Shown here piece after piece: positions 6,966-14,005 of a stretch of 19,297 nucleotides of DNA. Positions within the stretch are counted from its first letter, which is position 1, and every line of letters begins with the position of its first letter. Source of the DNA: Candidatus Eiseniibacteriota bacterium (GTDB taxonomy: Bacteria > Eisenbacteria > RBG-16-71-46 > CAZEPH01); the NCBI GenBank assembly GCA_044229145.1, contig JBGATO010000067.1, forward strand, positions 1-19,297, given 5' to 3'. The notes below the pieces were generated by a model that ran no database searches, had not been told where the DNA came from, and saw nothing but the letters and a program-made list of their open reading frames with translations. A program made the position numbers and the translations under genes.

Positions 6966-7942
6966 GCAGTGTCTCGTCCTCGGGTCGAACGGGTGCGCGG
7001 CGTCTCGGGCGGACGCGGCGCGACATCGTCTAATGCATCGGCCAGCGCGGCGAACTCCGCGAGGTCGCAGGTTTCGCCACGGCGCCGCGGGTCGACGCCG
7101 GCGCGCTGGCAGAGATCGGCGCCGCCGAGCGCGGCATCGCGGGCGGTCGCGAGCGACGCCAGCGCGTTGCCGAGCATCTTGCGCCGCATGCCGAAGGCGG
7201 CGCGCACGACGTCGCGCATCGTCTGCTGGTCGCGCACCGCCACCGCGGGCGTGCGGCGCGGTGTCAGGCGGATCACCGCCGACTCGACATCCGGCGCCGG
7301 ATGGAACGACCGCCGCCCCACCGCGAACAGCTGCTCGACGACGGCGAACTGTCGCACGTACACGGTGAGCGCGCCGTAGGTTTCGCCGCCGGGCTGCGCC
7401 GCCAGCCGCTGCGCGTATTCGCGCTGCACCAGCAACACCGCCCGCTCGAACGCCTGGCCCGCGTCGAGAATCTGCGTCACGAGATCGGTGGTCAAGAGGT
7501 ACGGGACGTTAGAGGCAAAGACCCAGCGGGTGTCCGGGATGCGCTCGCGGGCCACGGCGGCCAGATCGAGCGTCCGGACGTCGGCCTGGATGACCTCGAG
7601 GCCGGGCGGATCGTCGAGCGTCGCGGCGAGCGCCGGCGCCAGCAGCTTGTCGACTTCGACTGCGACCACGCGGCGGCCGGGGGCGATCAGGTGGCGGGTC
7701 AGCGCGCCGGTGCCGGCACCAATCTCCAACACCGGCGTCGTCGCGGTCAGCTCGCACGCGGCGGCGATGCGCTTGGCGGTGTGCGTATCGGTAAGGAAAT
7801 GCTGACCGAGCCGCTTGAGCGGGCGCAGTCCGAGCCGCGCCAGGACCGCCTTCGGCGATTCGATGCCATCAGCCGGCGGCACGTCGGGCGCCGCGCCGCG
7901 CGGACCGCCGTCGTGCCGCGCGCGCGGCGTGTGCGTCGTCAC
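6962..7942 (-). CDS. rsmA: 16S rRNA m6(2)A1518/1519 dimethyltransferase RsmA/KsgA
   Basis: LGQHFL, VLEIGAGTGALT (SAM binding), SNVPY, QREYAQRL, YGALTV, AAFGMRRKML; GTG 7942 overlaps the tatD stop (GTGA). Confidence 0.95.
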   Translation of the reverse strand: MTTHTPRARHDGGPRGAAPDVPPADGIESPKAVLARLGLRPLKRLGQHFLTDTHTAKRIAAACELTATTPVLEIGAGTGALTRHLIAPGRRVVAVEVDKLLAPALAATLDDPPGLEVIQADVRTLDLAAVARERIPDTRWVFASNVPYLLTTDLVTQILDAGQAFERAVLLVQREYAQRLAAQPGGETYGALTVYVRQFAVVEQLFAVGRRSFHPAPDVESAVIRLTPRRTPAVAVRDQQTMRDVVRAAFGMRRKMLGNALASLATARDAALGGADLCQRAGVDPRRRGETCDLAEFAALADALDDVAPRPPETPRTRSTRGRDTA

Positions 7943-8730
7943 GCTTCGGTCCACGTGTGCCGCCCGCCGAGCACGCGCAGCGCCGTCTCGGTGGTCGCGT
8001 CGATCACCTGCTGCGCGGTGAGGCCCTTTGCCTGTGCGATGCATTCGGCGACCAGCGGCAAGTACGCCGGCTCGTTGCGCCCGCTGCGCGGCAGAGACGA
8101 CGGAATGAGATACGGCGCGTCGGTTTCGAGCACGACGTGTTCGAGCGGAATCCACGGCAGCAGTTGTTGCGCCCATGCTTCGTTGCGCGTCACGGTGCCG
8201 CCGAGCCCGACGACGAAGCCGCGCGCGATCACCGCTTCCGCTTTCTTGGTGCCGTGGCCGAAGCAGTGGAAGATGCCGCCACGCGGCACGCCGCCCTCGG
8301 CGTCGAGGACCGCGAGCACGTCTTTGAAAGCGTTGCGTTCGTGGATGACCAGCGGCAGGTCGCGCGCTCGGGCTTCGCGGATGTGGAAGGCGAAGACGTC
8401 CTGCTGGACGTCGGAGGGCGAGAGGTTGCGGAAGTAGTCGAGGCCGCACTCGCCCACCGCGGCCATGCGCGGGCGGTCGAGCAGCGCGCGCAGCTCGGCG
8501 CGCGGCGCTTCGTCCACCGCGTGTACGGCATCGTGCGGATGGATGCCGGCAGTGGCGAGCACGCTGTCGTCGGCTTCGGCGAGCTCGGCGCTCAGGCGGC
8601 TGGTGGTGAGATCGGCGCCGACTTCGAGATGGCGCGTGACGCCGGCGGCGCGCATTCGCGCGAGAACCGCCGCCCGATCGTCGTCGAAGCGGCGGTCCCA
8701 GAGATGCGCGTGCGAATCGATGAGCGGCAC
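7939..8730 (-). CDS. tatD: TatD family DNase/hydrolase
   Basis: IDSHAHL, GIHPH, VGECGLDY, LPLVIHER, IFHCF, LETDAPY, RNEP motifs. Confidence 0.95.
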   Translation of the reverse strand: MPLIDSHAHLWDRRFDDDRAAVLARMRAAGVTRHLEVGADLTTSRLSAELAEADDSVLATAGIHPHDAVHAVDEAPRAELRALLDRPRMAAVGECGLDYFRNLSPSDVQQDVFAFHIREARARDLPLVIHERNAFKDVLAVLDAEGGVPRGGIFHCFGHGTKKAEAVIARGFVVGLGGTVTRNEAWAQQLLPWIPLEHVVLETDAPYLIPSSLPRSGRNEPAYLPLVAECIAQAKGLTAQQVIDATTETALRVLGGRHTWTEA

Positions 8731-8746
8731 GAGCGAGCGCGCGGTC

Positions 8747-10321
8747 CTAGGTGGCCGGCGCCGCGTCGGCCGCCGGCTCGGCGATCTCGATGCGCGGGAA
8801 CAGCGGCCGCGCGTCCGCCACCGCGCGGTCTTCGCGCGACGGGTCGAACGTGAGCGCCACCAAGTCCTGCGTCGACGGTTCGCCCGGCAGACCGAGCAGC
8901 GTCCAGATCTCGCGCGCCTTGCGCGGCATCATCGGCGAGATCAGCACCGCGACCACGCGGATCGCCTCGAGCAGCGACGACAGCACGACACCGACGCGCG
9001 CCTTGCCCTCCGGCTCCTTGATGCGCGACCACGGCGCGGTTTCCTCGACGTAGCGGTTGGCGCGGCGCACCACTTCGATCGCCGCGCGCGCACAGTCGTG
9101 CAGCGCGAGTTCGGTGGACGCCGTGCGGTACGCGTCGATCGCCTTGTTGATGTCGGCGGCGAACGCGGTTTCCTTCGCGGTCACCGCGGACTCCGGCACG
9201 TGCGGCACCTTGCCGTCGAGATAGCGCTTCGCCATCGACAATGACCGCATGACGAGGTTGCCGAGATCGTTCGCGAGGTCGCTGTTGTAGCGCTCGATGA
9301 ACATCTCCCACGAGAAGTCGCCGTCCTTGCCCCACGGGATCTCGCGGATCAAGAAGTAGCGCAGCGCGTCCGGGCCGAGCCGGTCCGCCGCTTCGAGCGG
9401 GTCGACGATATTGCCGAGCGACTTCGACAACTTCTGGCCGCGGAAGCTCACCCAGCCGTGGCCGAATACGGACGTCGGCAGCGGCACGCCGGCCGCCATC
9501 AACATCGCCGGCCAGATCACGCAGTGGAACCGGGTGATGTCCTTGCCGATCACGTGCAGCGACGCCGGCCAGTGCGCGGCGCGCGCGTCGTCGGTGTCGG
9601 GGTAGCCGACGCCGCTCAAGTAGTTGATCAGCGCGTCGAACCACACGTACACGGTGTGCGACGGGTCGATCGGCAGCGGAATGCCCCAGGTGCCGCCGGC
9701 GCGTGAGATCGAGATGTCCTGCAAGCCGCCGTCGAGCAACGCGAGGATTTCGTTGCGGCGCGTCTCCGGCAGGATGAAGTCCGGGTTCGCCTGGATGTGG
9801 TCGCGCAGCTTGTCGGTGTAGGCCGAGAGGCGGAAGAAATAGTTGTCCTCGGTCAGCCACTCCGGCTCGCGCTGGTGCACCTTGCACTTGCCGTCGACGA
9901 GTTCCTTCTCGGGATAGAACGCCTCGCAGCTGACGCAGTAGAAGCCCGAGTACGAGCCCTTGTAGATGTCGCCGGCGTCGTGGATGCGGGTGAACAGCGC
10001 GTCGACGGCGCGCTTGTGGCGCGGCTCGGTGGTGCGGATGAAGTCGTCGTACGCGATCTCGAGGCGTTCCCAGGTGCGGCGGAAGACGGTGGCCATTTCG
10101 TCGCAGTATTCGAGCGGCTTCTTGCCCTGCGACTCCGCGGCCTTCGCGACGTTCTGCGAGTGCTCGTCGTTCCCCATGAGGAAGAACGTCTGGTAGCCCT
10201 CGAGGCGGCGCAGGCGCGCGATCACGTCGGCGGCGATCTTCTCGTACGCGGTGCCCAAGTGCGGCGCACTGTTCACGTAGTCGATCGCCGTCGTCACATA
10301 AAACGTTCGCGCTTGCGCCAT
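8747..10321 (-). CDS. metG: Methionine--tRNA ligase (short form, no C-terminal tRNA-binding/dimerisation domain)
   Basis: FYVTTAIDYVNSAPHLGT (HIGH), GNDEH, CVSC...CKVH knuckle, YVWFDALINY, GKDITRFH, KLSKS (KMSKS), NDLGNL. ATG 10321 has an AGGAGG RBS; alternative GTG at 10354. Confidence 0.97.
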   Translation of the reverse strand: MAQARTFYVTTAIDYVNSAPHLGTAYEKIAADVIARLRRLEGYQTFFLMGNDEHSQNVAKAAESQGKKPLEYCDEMATVFRRTWERLEIAYDDFIRTTEPRHKRAVDALFTRIHDAGDIYKGSYSGFYCVSCEAFYPEKELVDGKCKVHQREPEWLTEDNYFFRLSAYTDKLRDHIQANPDFILPETRRNEILALLDGGLQDISISRAGGTWGIPLPIDPSHTVYVWFDALINYLSGVGYPDTDDARAAHWPASLHVIGKDITRFHCVIWPAMLMAAGVPLPTSVFGHGWVSFRGQKLSKSLGNIVDPLEAADRLGPDALRYFLIREIPWGKDGDFSWEMFIERYNSDLANDLGNLVMRSLSMAKRYLDGKVPHVPESAVTAKETAFAADINKAIDAYRTASTELALHDCARAAIEVVRRANRYVEETAPWSRIKEPEGKARVGVVLSSLLEAIRVVAVLISPMMPRKAREIWTLLGLPGEPSTQDLVALTFDPSREDRAVADARPLFPRIEIAEPAADAAPAT

Positions 10322-10350
10322 CGACGCCTCCTTCGTCCCCGTCGTCCCTG

Positions 10351-11526
10351 TCACCGCGTGGGTGCGCCGCGCATGTGGCAGATGGTGTCGGCCACCACCA
10401 GCTTCGCCAAGACATTGCGGTCGAGCCCAGATTGCATGTCGTGCACCGCGTGCACGCGGCGCGCCAGCAACGCGCCGTCGGTGTGCTGCGCTTCCTCGCG
10501 AATCTCACGCGCCATGTCGGCGTGGGCGAAGTCGCCGTCCGCCGCGCCGTGCCGCGCGAGCAGCACGTCCTCGTACCAGAGCAGCGCCAGCGCGCCCATG
10601 TGACGCAGGCGGTCGCGATCCTTGTCGCCGGTCGGCACCACGGTGCGGGCGACGGTCGCGGCGGCGCGCGGCGTGCCCTCGCGCACCGCGCGCACGAAGG
10701 CGAGCGCGTCCTCGCGTGCCGCGTCGAGATCGTCGCGTTCGGCGAGCGCCATCGCGCGCGGCAGCGAACCGCCCGCGAGTCCGGCGATCAGCCGCGCGCG
10801 CTGCGCATCGACCTCGGCGTGTTCGCGCACCAGGCTCGCCAGCAGGTCGCGCGGCAGTTCCGCGAAGCGCACAGCGCGGCAGCGGCTGCGAATCGTGTCG
10901 AGCAGCATCTCCGGCCGCGCGCTCACCAGAATCAGATGCGCCCACAGCGGCGGTTCCTCGAGCGTCTTGAGCAGCGCGTTCTGCGCGCTCGCGCTCAGCC
11001 GGTCCGCATCGCCGATCACCACGACGCGTCGCGCCGACTCCACCGGCCGCTTCGCCATCTCCGCTTGCACGTAGTGCCGGACCACGCCGATGCCGAGCGA
11101 CGCGGTGGTCTTGTATTCCGGCTGGTAGAACGGTTCAGCGAGACGTTGGTCGAGCGCCTTGCGGATGCGCTCGAGGACCGGACCGACTTCCTCGGCGTCC
11201 TCGGGACCGTCCTTGTCGGTCGGGACGACGACGAGCAGATCGGGATGCTGGAGCTTGGCGGCCAGGCGGCACGACTTGCAGTGGCCGCAGGCCTCTCCCG
11301 TCGGCGCGCTCGCAGAGGGCGCGGGCAGCAACGAGAGGGTCGAGGGTGTGTGCGTGGGATCGCTCGCCTCGCAGAGCAGCGCTTGCGCGAAGGCGAGCGC
11401 CGTGGTCGTCTTGCCGACACCGGAAGGTCCCGCGAACAGCAGCGCGTTCGGCACGCGGCCACTCGTCCGCATCCGCCGCAGGGCAGAAACGGCCGTATCT
11501 TGCGCACGGATGGAGGTGAGCGACAC
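10351..11526 (-). CDS. holB: DNA polymerase III subunit delta'
   Basis: ALLFAGPSGVGKTT, C...CGHCKSC zinc module, HPDL, AQNALLKTLEEPP, TIRSRC; GTG 11526 with GGGAG RBS. Confidence 0.92.
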   Translation of the reverse strand: MSLTSIRAQDTAVSALRRMRTSGRVPNALLFAGPSGVGKTTTALAFAQALLCEASDPTHTPSTLSLLPAPSASAPTGEACGHCKSCRLAAKLQHPDLLVVVPTDKDGPEDAEEVGPVLERIRKALDQRLAEPFYQPEYKTTASLGIGVVRHYVQAEMAKRPVESARRVVVIGDADRLSASAQNALLKTLEEPPLWAHLILVSARPEMLLDTIRSRCRAVRFAELPRDLLASLVREHAEVDAQRARLIAGLAGGSLPRAMALAERDDLDAAREDALAFVRAVREGTPRAAATVARTVVPTGDKDRDRLRHMGALALLWYEDVLLARHGAADGDFAHADMAREIREEAQHTDGALLARRVHAVHDMQSGLDRNVLAKLVVADTICHMRGAPTR

Positions 11527-11564
11527 GCGGGGACTCCCGATCTGCGAGGTGGATCGAGGGCGGC

Positions 11565-11593
11565 AGTGTAGCACGCGACCCGCGCGATGGCGA
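11565..11593 (-). promoter_or_regulatory. Putative sigma70 promoter of the holB-metG-tatD-rsmA operon
   Basis: Minus strand TCGCCA-N17-TACACT with extended TG, about 40 nt upstream of the holB start. Confidence 0.5.
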
Positions 11594-11657
11594 GGGAGGC
11601 CGGCCGTTGGTCCCGGCAATCGCGCGCAGTTTTTCGCCCCGCACACACGGAGTCGCA

Positions 11658-11686
11658 TTGCCGCGGGGCGCCGCGCGTGGTGGAAT
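11658..11686 (+). promoter_or_regulatory. Possible promoter for osmC
   Basis: TTGCCG-N17-TGGAAT with TG extension; the -10 lacks the conserved A at its second position. Confidence 0.3.
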
Positions 11687-11751
11687 CGCTGCCTCTCCCC
11701 GCGGCGTCCTGCGCCGCGCACTGGAACTCGTCACGCGACACGGAGGACACG

Positions 11752-12195
11752 ATGGCCGCAACACGGACCGCGCACGCGGTGTGGGAAGGTGGACTGTTGG
11801 ATGGCAAGGGCACGGTGAGCGCGGGCTCATCGTCGCTGTTCACGTCGCTGCCGGTCAGCTGGGCCAGCCGCACCGAGGCGGTCGATGGCCGTACCAGTCC
11901 GGAAGAGTTGCTCGCCGCCGCGCACGCCAGCTGCTACTGCATGGCACTCTCCTTCGGTTTGGCGAACGCGGGCACGCCGCCGACGCGCCTCGAGGCGAGC
12001 GCGACGGTGACGTTCGCGCCGGCGCCGGGCGGCGGCTTCCACGTCCAGTCGAGCCACTTGGTGGTGAAGGGCACGGTGCCGGGGATGACGGCCGAGGCGT
12101 TCACCGCGGCCGCCAACGGCGCGAAGGACGGCTGCCCGATCTCCAAGGCGATGGCGGGGAACGTGGCGTTGAGCGTTGAGGCTGCGTTGGTGTAA
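11752..12195 (+). CDS. osmC: OsmC family peroxiredoxin
   Basis: GGAGG RBS then ATG 11752; AHAVWEGGLLDGKG, TSPEELLAAAHASCYCMALS, GCPISKA (both catalytic Cys). Confidence 0.93.
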   Translation: MAATRTAHAVWEGGLLDGKGTVSAGSSSLFTSLPVSWASRTEAVDGRTSPEELLAAAHASCYCMALSFGLANAGTPPTRLEASATVTFAPAPGGGFHVQSSHLVVKGTVPGMTAEAFTAAANGAKDGCPISKAMAGNVALSVEAALV

Positions 12196-12227
12196 AGAGT
12201 ATATACACCTATATTCTCTGTCTCGCT

Positions 12228-12266
12228 ACAAAGCCTGCGGTCGTGCCGCAGGCTTTGTGCTTTATT
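12228..12266 (+). terminator. Intrinsic terminator after osmC
   Basis: Perfect 13-bp stem ACAAAGCCTGCGG/CCGCAGGCTTTGT (12228-12258), 5-nt loop, T-rich 3' side (GCTTTATT). Confidence 0.7.
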
Positions 12267-12269
12267 GGC

Positions 12270-12303
12270 TTGACGTTAGGTAGTGTGAAAGAATATCTTT
12301 CAC
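12270..12303 (+). promoter_or_regulatory. Putative leaderless promoter with overlapping palindromic operator
   Basis: TTGACG-N18-TATCTT ending 7 nt before ATG 12307; no SD; inverted repeat GTGAAAGA-ata-TCTTTCAC (12285-12303) covers the -10. Confidence 0.55.
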
Positions 12304-12306
12304 GAC

Positions 12307-13530
12307 ATGAAAGCATTTCTTCCACGACACGTAAGTGGCGAAATCACAGCACATTTGCGCGTCTTTCCCGTCGTCGCGATCACCGGGGCTCGGCAGACCG
12401 GAAAATCGACGGTTTCTCAGCGCAGTGGAGGCGACGACCGGCGGCGGCATTTCACGCTCGACGACAGCGCAACGTTGGAGCAGGCACTCGCCAATCCACA
12501 GGCGTTCGTCTCGGGCTCCGAGCCGATGAGCATCGACGAGGTGCAGCGCGTTCCACAGTTGATGATCGCCATCAAGCACGAGGTCGATCTCCACCGCGTA
12601 CCCGGCCGGTTCATCCTGACTGGGTCCGCGAACTTGCTCCTCCACGCGAAGATTTCCGAATCGCTCGCCGGCCGCGCAGGGTACATCGGGCTCTGGCCCA
12701 TGACGCAGCGTGAGCAGCTTGGACACGGCCGATGCGGACTGTGGCAGGAGTTATGGGACGCCCCAGATGCGTCATGGCGAGAGATCCTCGCAGACTCGAA
12801 CGCCGAGCCACGCGACTGGCGGCGCGCTGTGCGCACTGGCGGGATGCCGTATCCGGCCCTGCACGTGTCGAACGAAGGCGAGCGGATGCGCTGGCATCGC
12901 GGGTACATCGACACCTATATCGAGAGGGATCTGCGCGATCTCCGGGAGGTCGGCTCGCTCGCGGATTTCCGACGGGTCATGCGTGCGGCAGCTCTGCGCA
13001 TCGGCGGACTGCAGAACCAGACCGAGATCGCGCGCGACATTGGCGTGCCGCTGAGCACGGTTCATCGCCATCTCGGACTGCTGGAGATATCGTATCAACT
13101 CTGCCGCGTCCAGGCCTATACGAGAAACCGGACGTCTCGCCTCATGAAATCTCCCAAGCTGTATTGGGTCGACACGGCGACGGCCTTGTCGATCACGGGG
13201 GAAACCGATCCACGGGGCGCGCACTTGGAGAATCTCGTGTTCGCGGACTTGTCGGTCTGGGCCAGCTGCGTTGCGCCGAGGCCAGAGATTCTGCACTGGC
13301 GTACGACGACGGGACGCGAAGTGGACTTCGTGATCGAGCACCAGAACCGCGTCCTGCCCATCGAGGTGAAGAGTGCGACGACGGTGAATTACCGTGACGC
13401 TGCCGGGCTTTTGGCTTTCCGCGCGGAGTACGGCGCCGAGAGTCGATTCGGACTCTTGCTCTACGGCGGCGCCGAGACTTACTGGGTGGCACCGGATATC
13501 CTCGCCGCACCGTGGTGGGCCGTCGTCTGA
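12307..13530 (+). CDS. AAA_14 / DUF4143 ATP-binding protein (ATPase, HTH, PD-(D/E)xK-like C-terminus)
   Basis: Walker A GARQTGKS, Walker B IDEVQR, ILTGS, ESLAGR, GGMP, HTH-like QTEIARDIGVPLSTVHRHL, KLYWVDT, WRTTTGREVDFVIE...PIEVK. Confidence 0.9.
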   Translation: MKAFLPRHVSGEITAHLRVFPVVAITGARQTGKSTVSQRSGGDDRRRHFTLDDSATLEQALANPQAFVSGSEPMSIDEVQRVPQLMIAIKHEVDLHRVPGRFILTGSANLLLHAKISESLAGRAGYIGLWPMTQREQLGHGRCGLWQELWDAPDASWREILADSNAEPRDWRRAVRTGGMPYPALHVSNEGERMRWHRGYIDTYIERDLRDLREVGSLADFRRVMRAAALRIGGLQNQTEIARDIGVPLSTVHRHLGLLEISYQLCRVQAYTRNRTSRLMKSPKLYWVDTATALSITGETDPRGAHLENLVFADLSVWASCVAPRPEILHWRTTTGREVDFVIEHQNRVLPIEVKSATTVNYRDAAGLLAFRAEYGAESRFGLLLYGGAETYWVAPDILAAPWWAVV

Positions 13531-13532
13531 GC

Positions 13533-13934
13533 GTGGCGCGAGCAGTCGCCTACCTCTGGGCACTCCCCATCTCCGCCATCGGGCTGCTGTGGGCGGTGCT
13601 CGCGGTGCTCACCGGCGGACGGGCGCGGTGGCATAGCGGCGTGCTCGAGACGCAGGGCGGGTTCGCGCGGCTGCTGTTGACGCGGCTGTTGCTCGGCGGC
13701 GGAGCCGATGCGCTGACGCTCGGGCACGTCGTGCTCGCCGTCGATGGCGCCGCGCACGACCGCTGGCGCTCCCACGAACGCGTGCACGTCGCCCAAGCGG
13801 AACGATGGGGGCTGCTGTTCCCCCTCGCCTACTTGCTGGCCGGAGCCGCGGCGCGCATACGCGGTGGCGACGGCTATCGCGACAATCCTTTCGAACGCGC
13901 GGCCATAGCGGCGGAGGAGCCTCCTCTCGCATGA
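13533..13934 (+). CDS. Small hydrophobic HExxH protein (putative zincin-like metallopeptidase)
   Basis: GTG 2 nt after the previous stop; N-terminal hydrophobic segment; ALTLGHVV, HERVHVAQ, YRDNPFERAA. Confidence 0.75.
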   Translation: MARAVAYLWALPISAIGLLWAVLAVLTGGRARWHSGVLETQGGFARLLLTRLLLGGGADALTLGHVVLAVDGAAHDRWRSHERVHVAQAERWGLLFPLAYLLAGAAARIRGGDGYRDNPFERAAIAAEEPPLA

Positions 13935-14005
13935 GCTTCGCAGCGCGATTCCCGGGCAACTCCCGATTGCAGCGCCTTCCGACTTCGCCCACACTTCGGA
14001 GCCTC

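Noticed and set aside
5001..7379. 792-aa plus-strand ORF and other long antisense ORFs (85..1092, 10375..11571, 13874..16423)
   Set aside because: Antisense shadows of high-GC coding genes; Arg/Ala-rich with no recognisable motifs.
7943..8449. Long N-terminal extensions of rsmA (also holB to 11721, osmC from 11587, lipoproteins to 3195 and 4230, DUF1295 from 16186)
   Set aside because: They overlap neighbouring genes or predicted promoters; downstream starts have an RBS, coupling overlaps or signal peptides.
12228..12281. Integron attC site (hairpin followed by GTTAGGT)
   Set aside because: No matching RYYYAAC inverse core, no extrahelical bases in the perfect stem, no integrase; better explained as terminator plus promoter.
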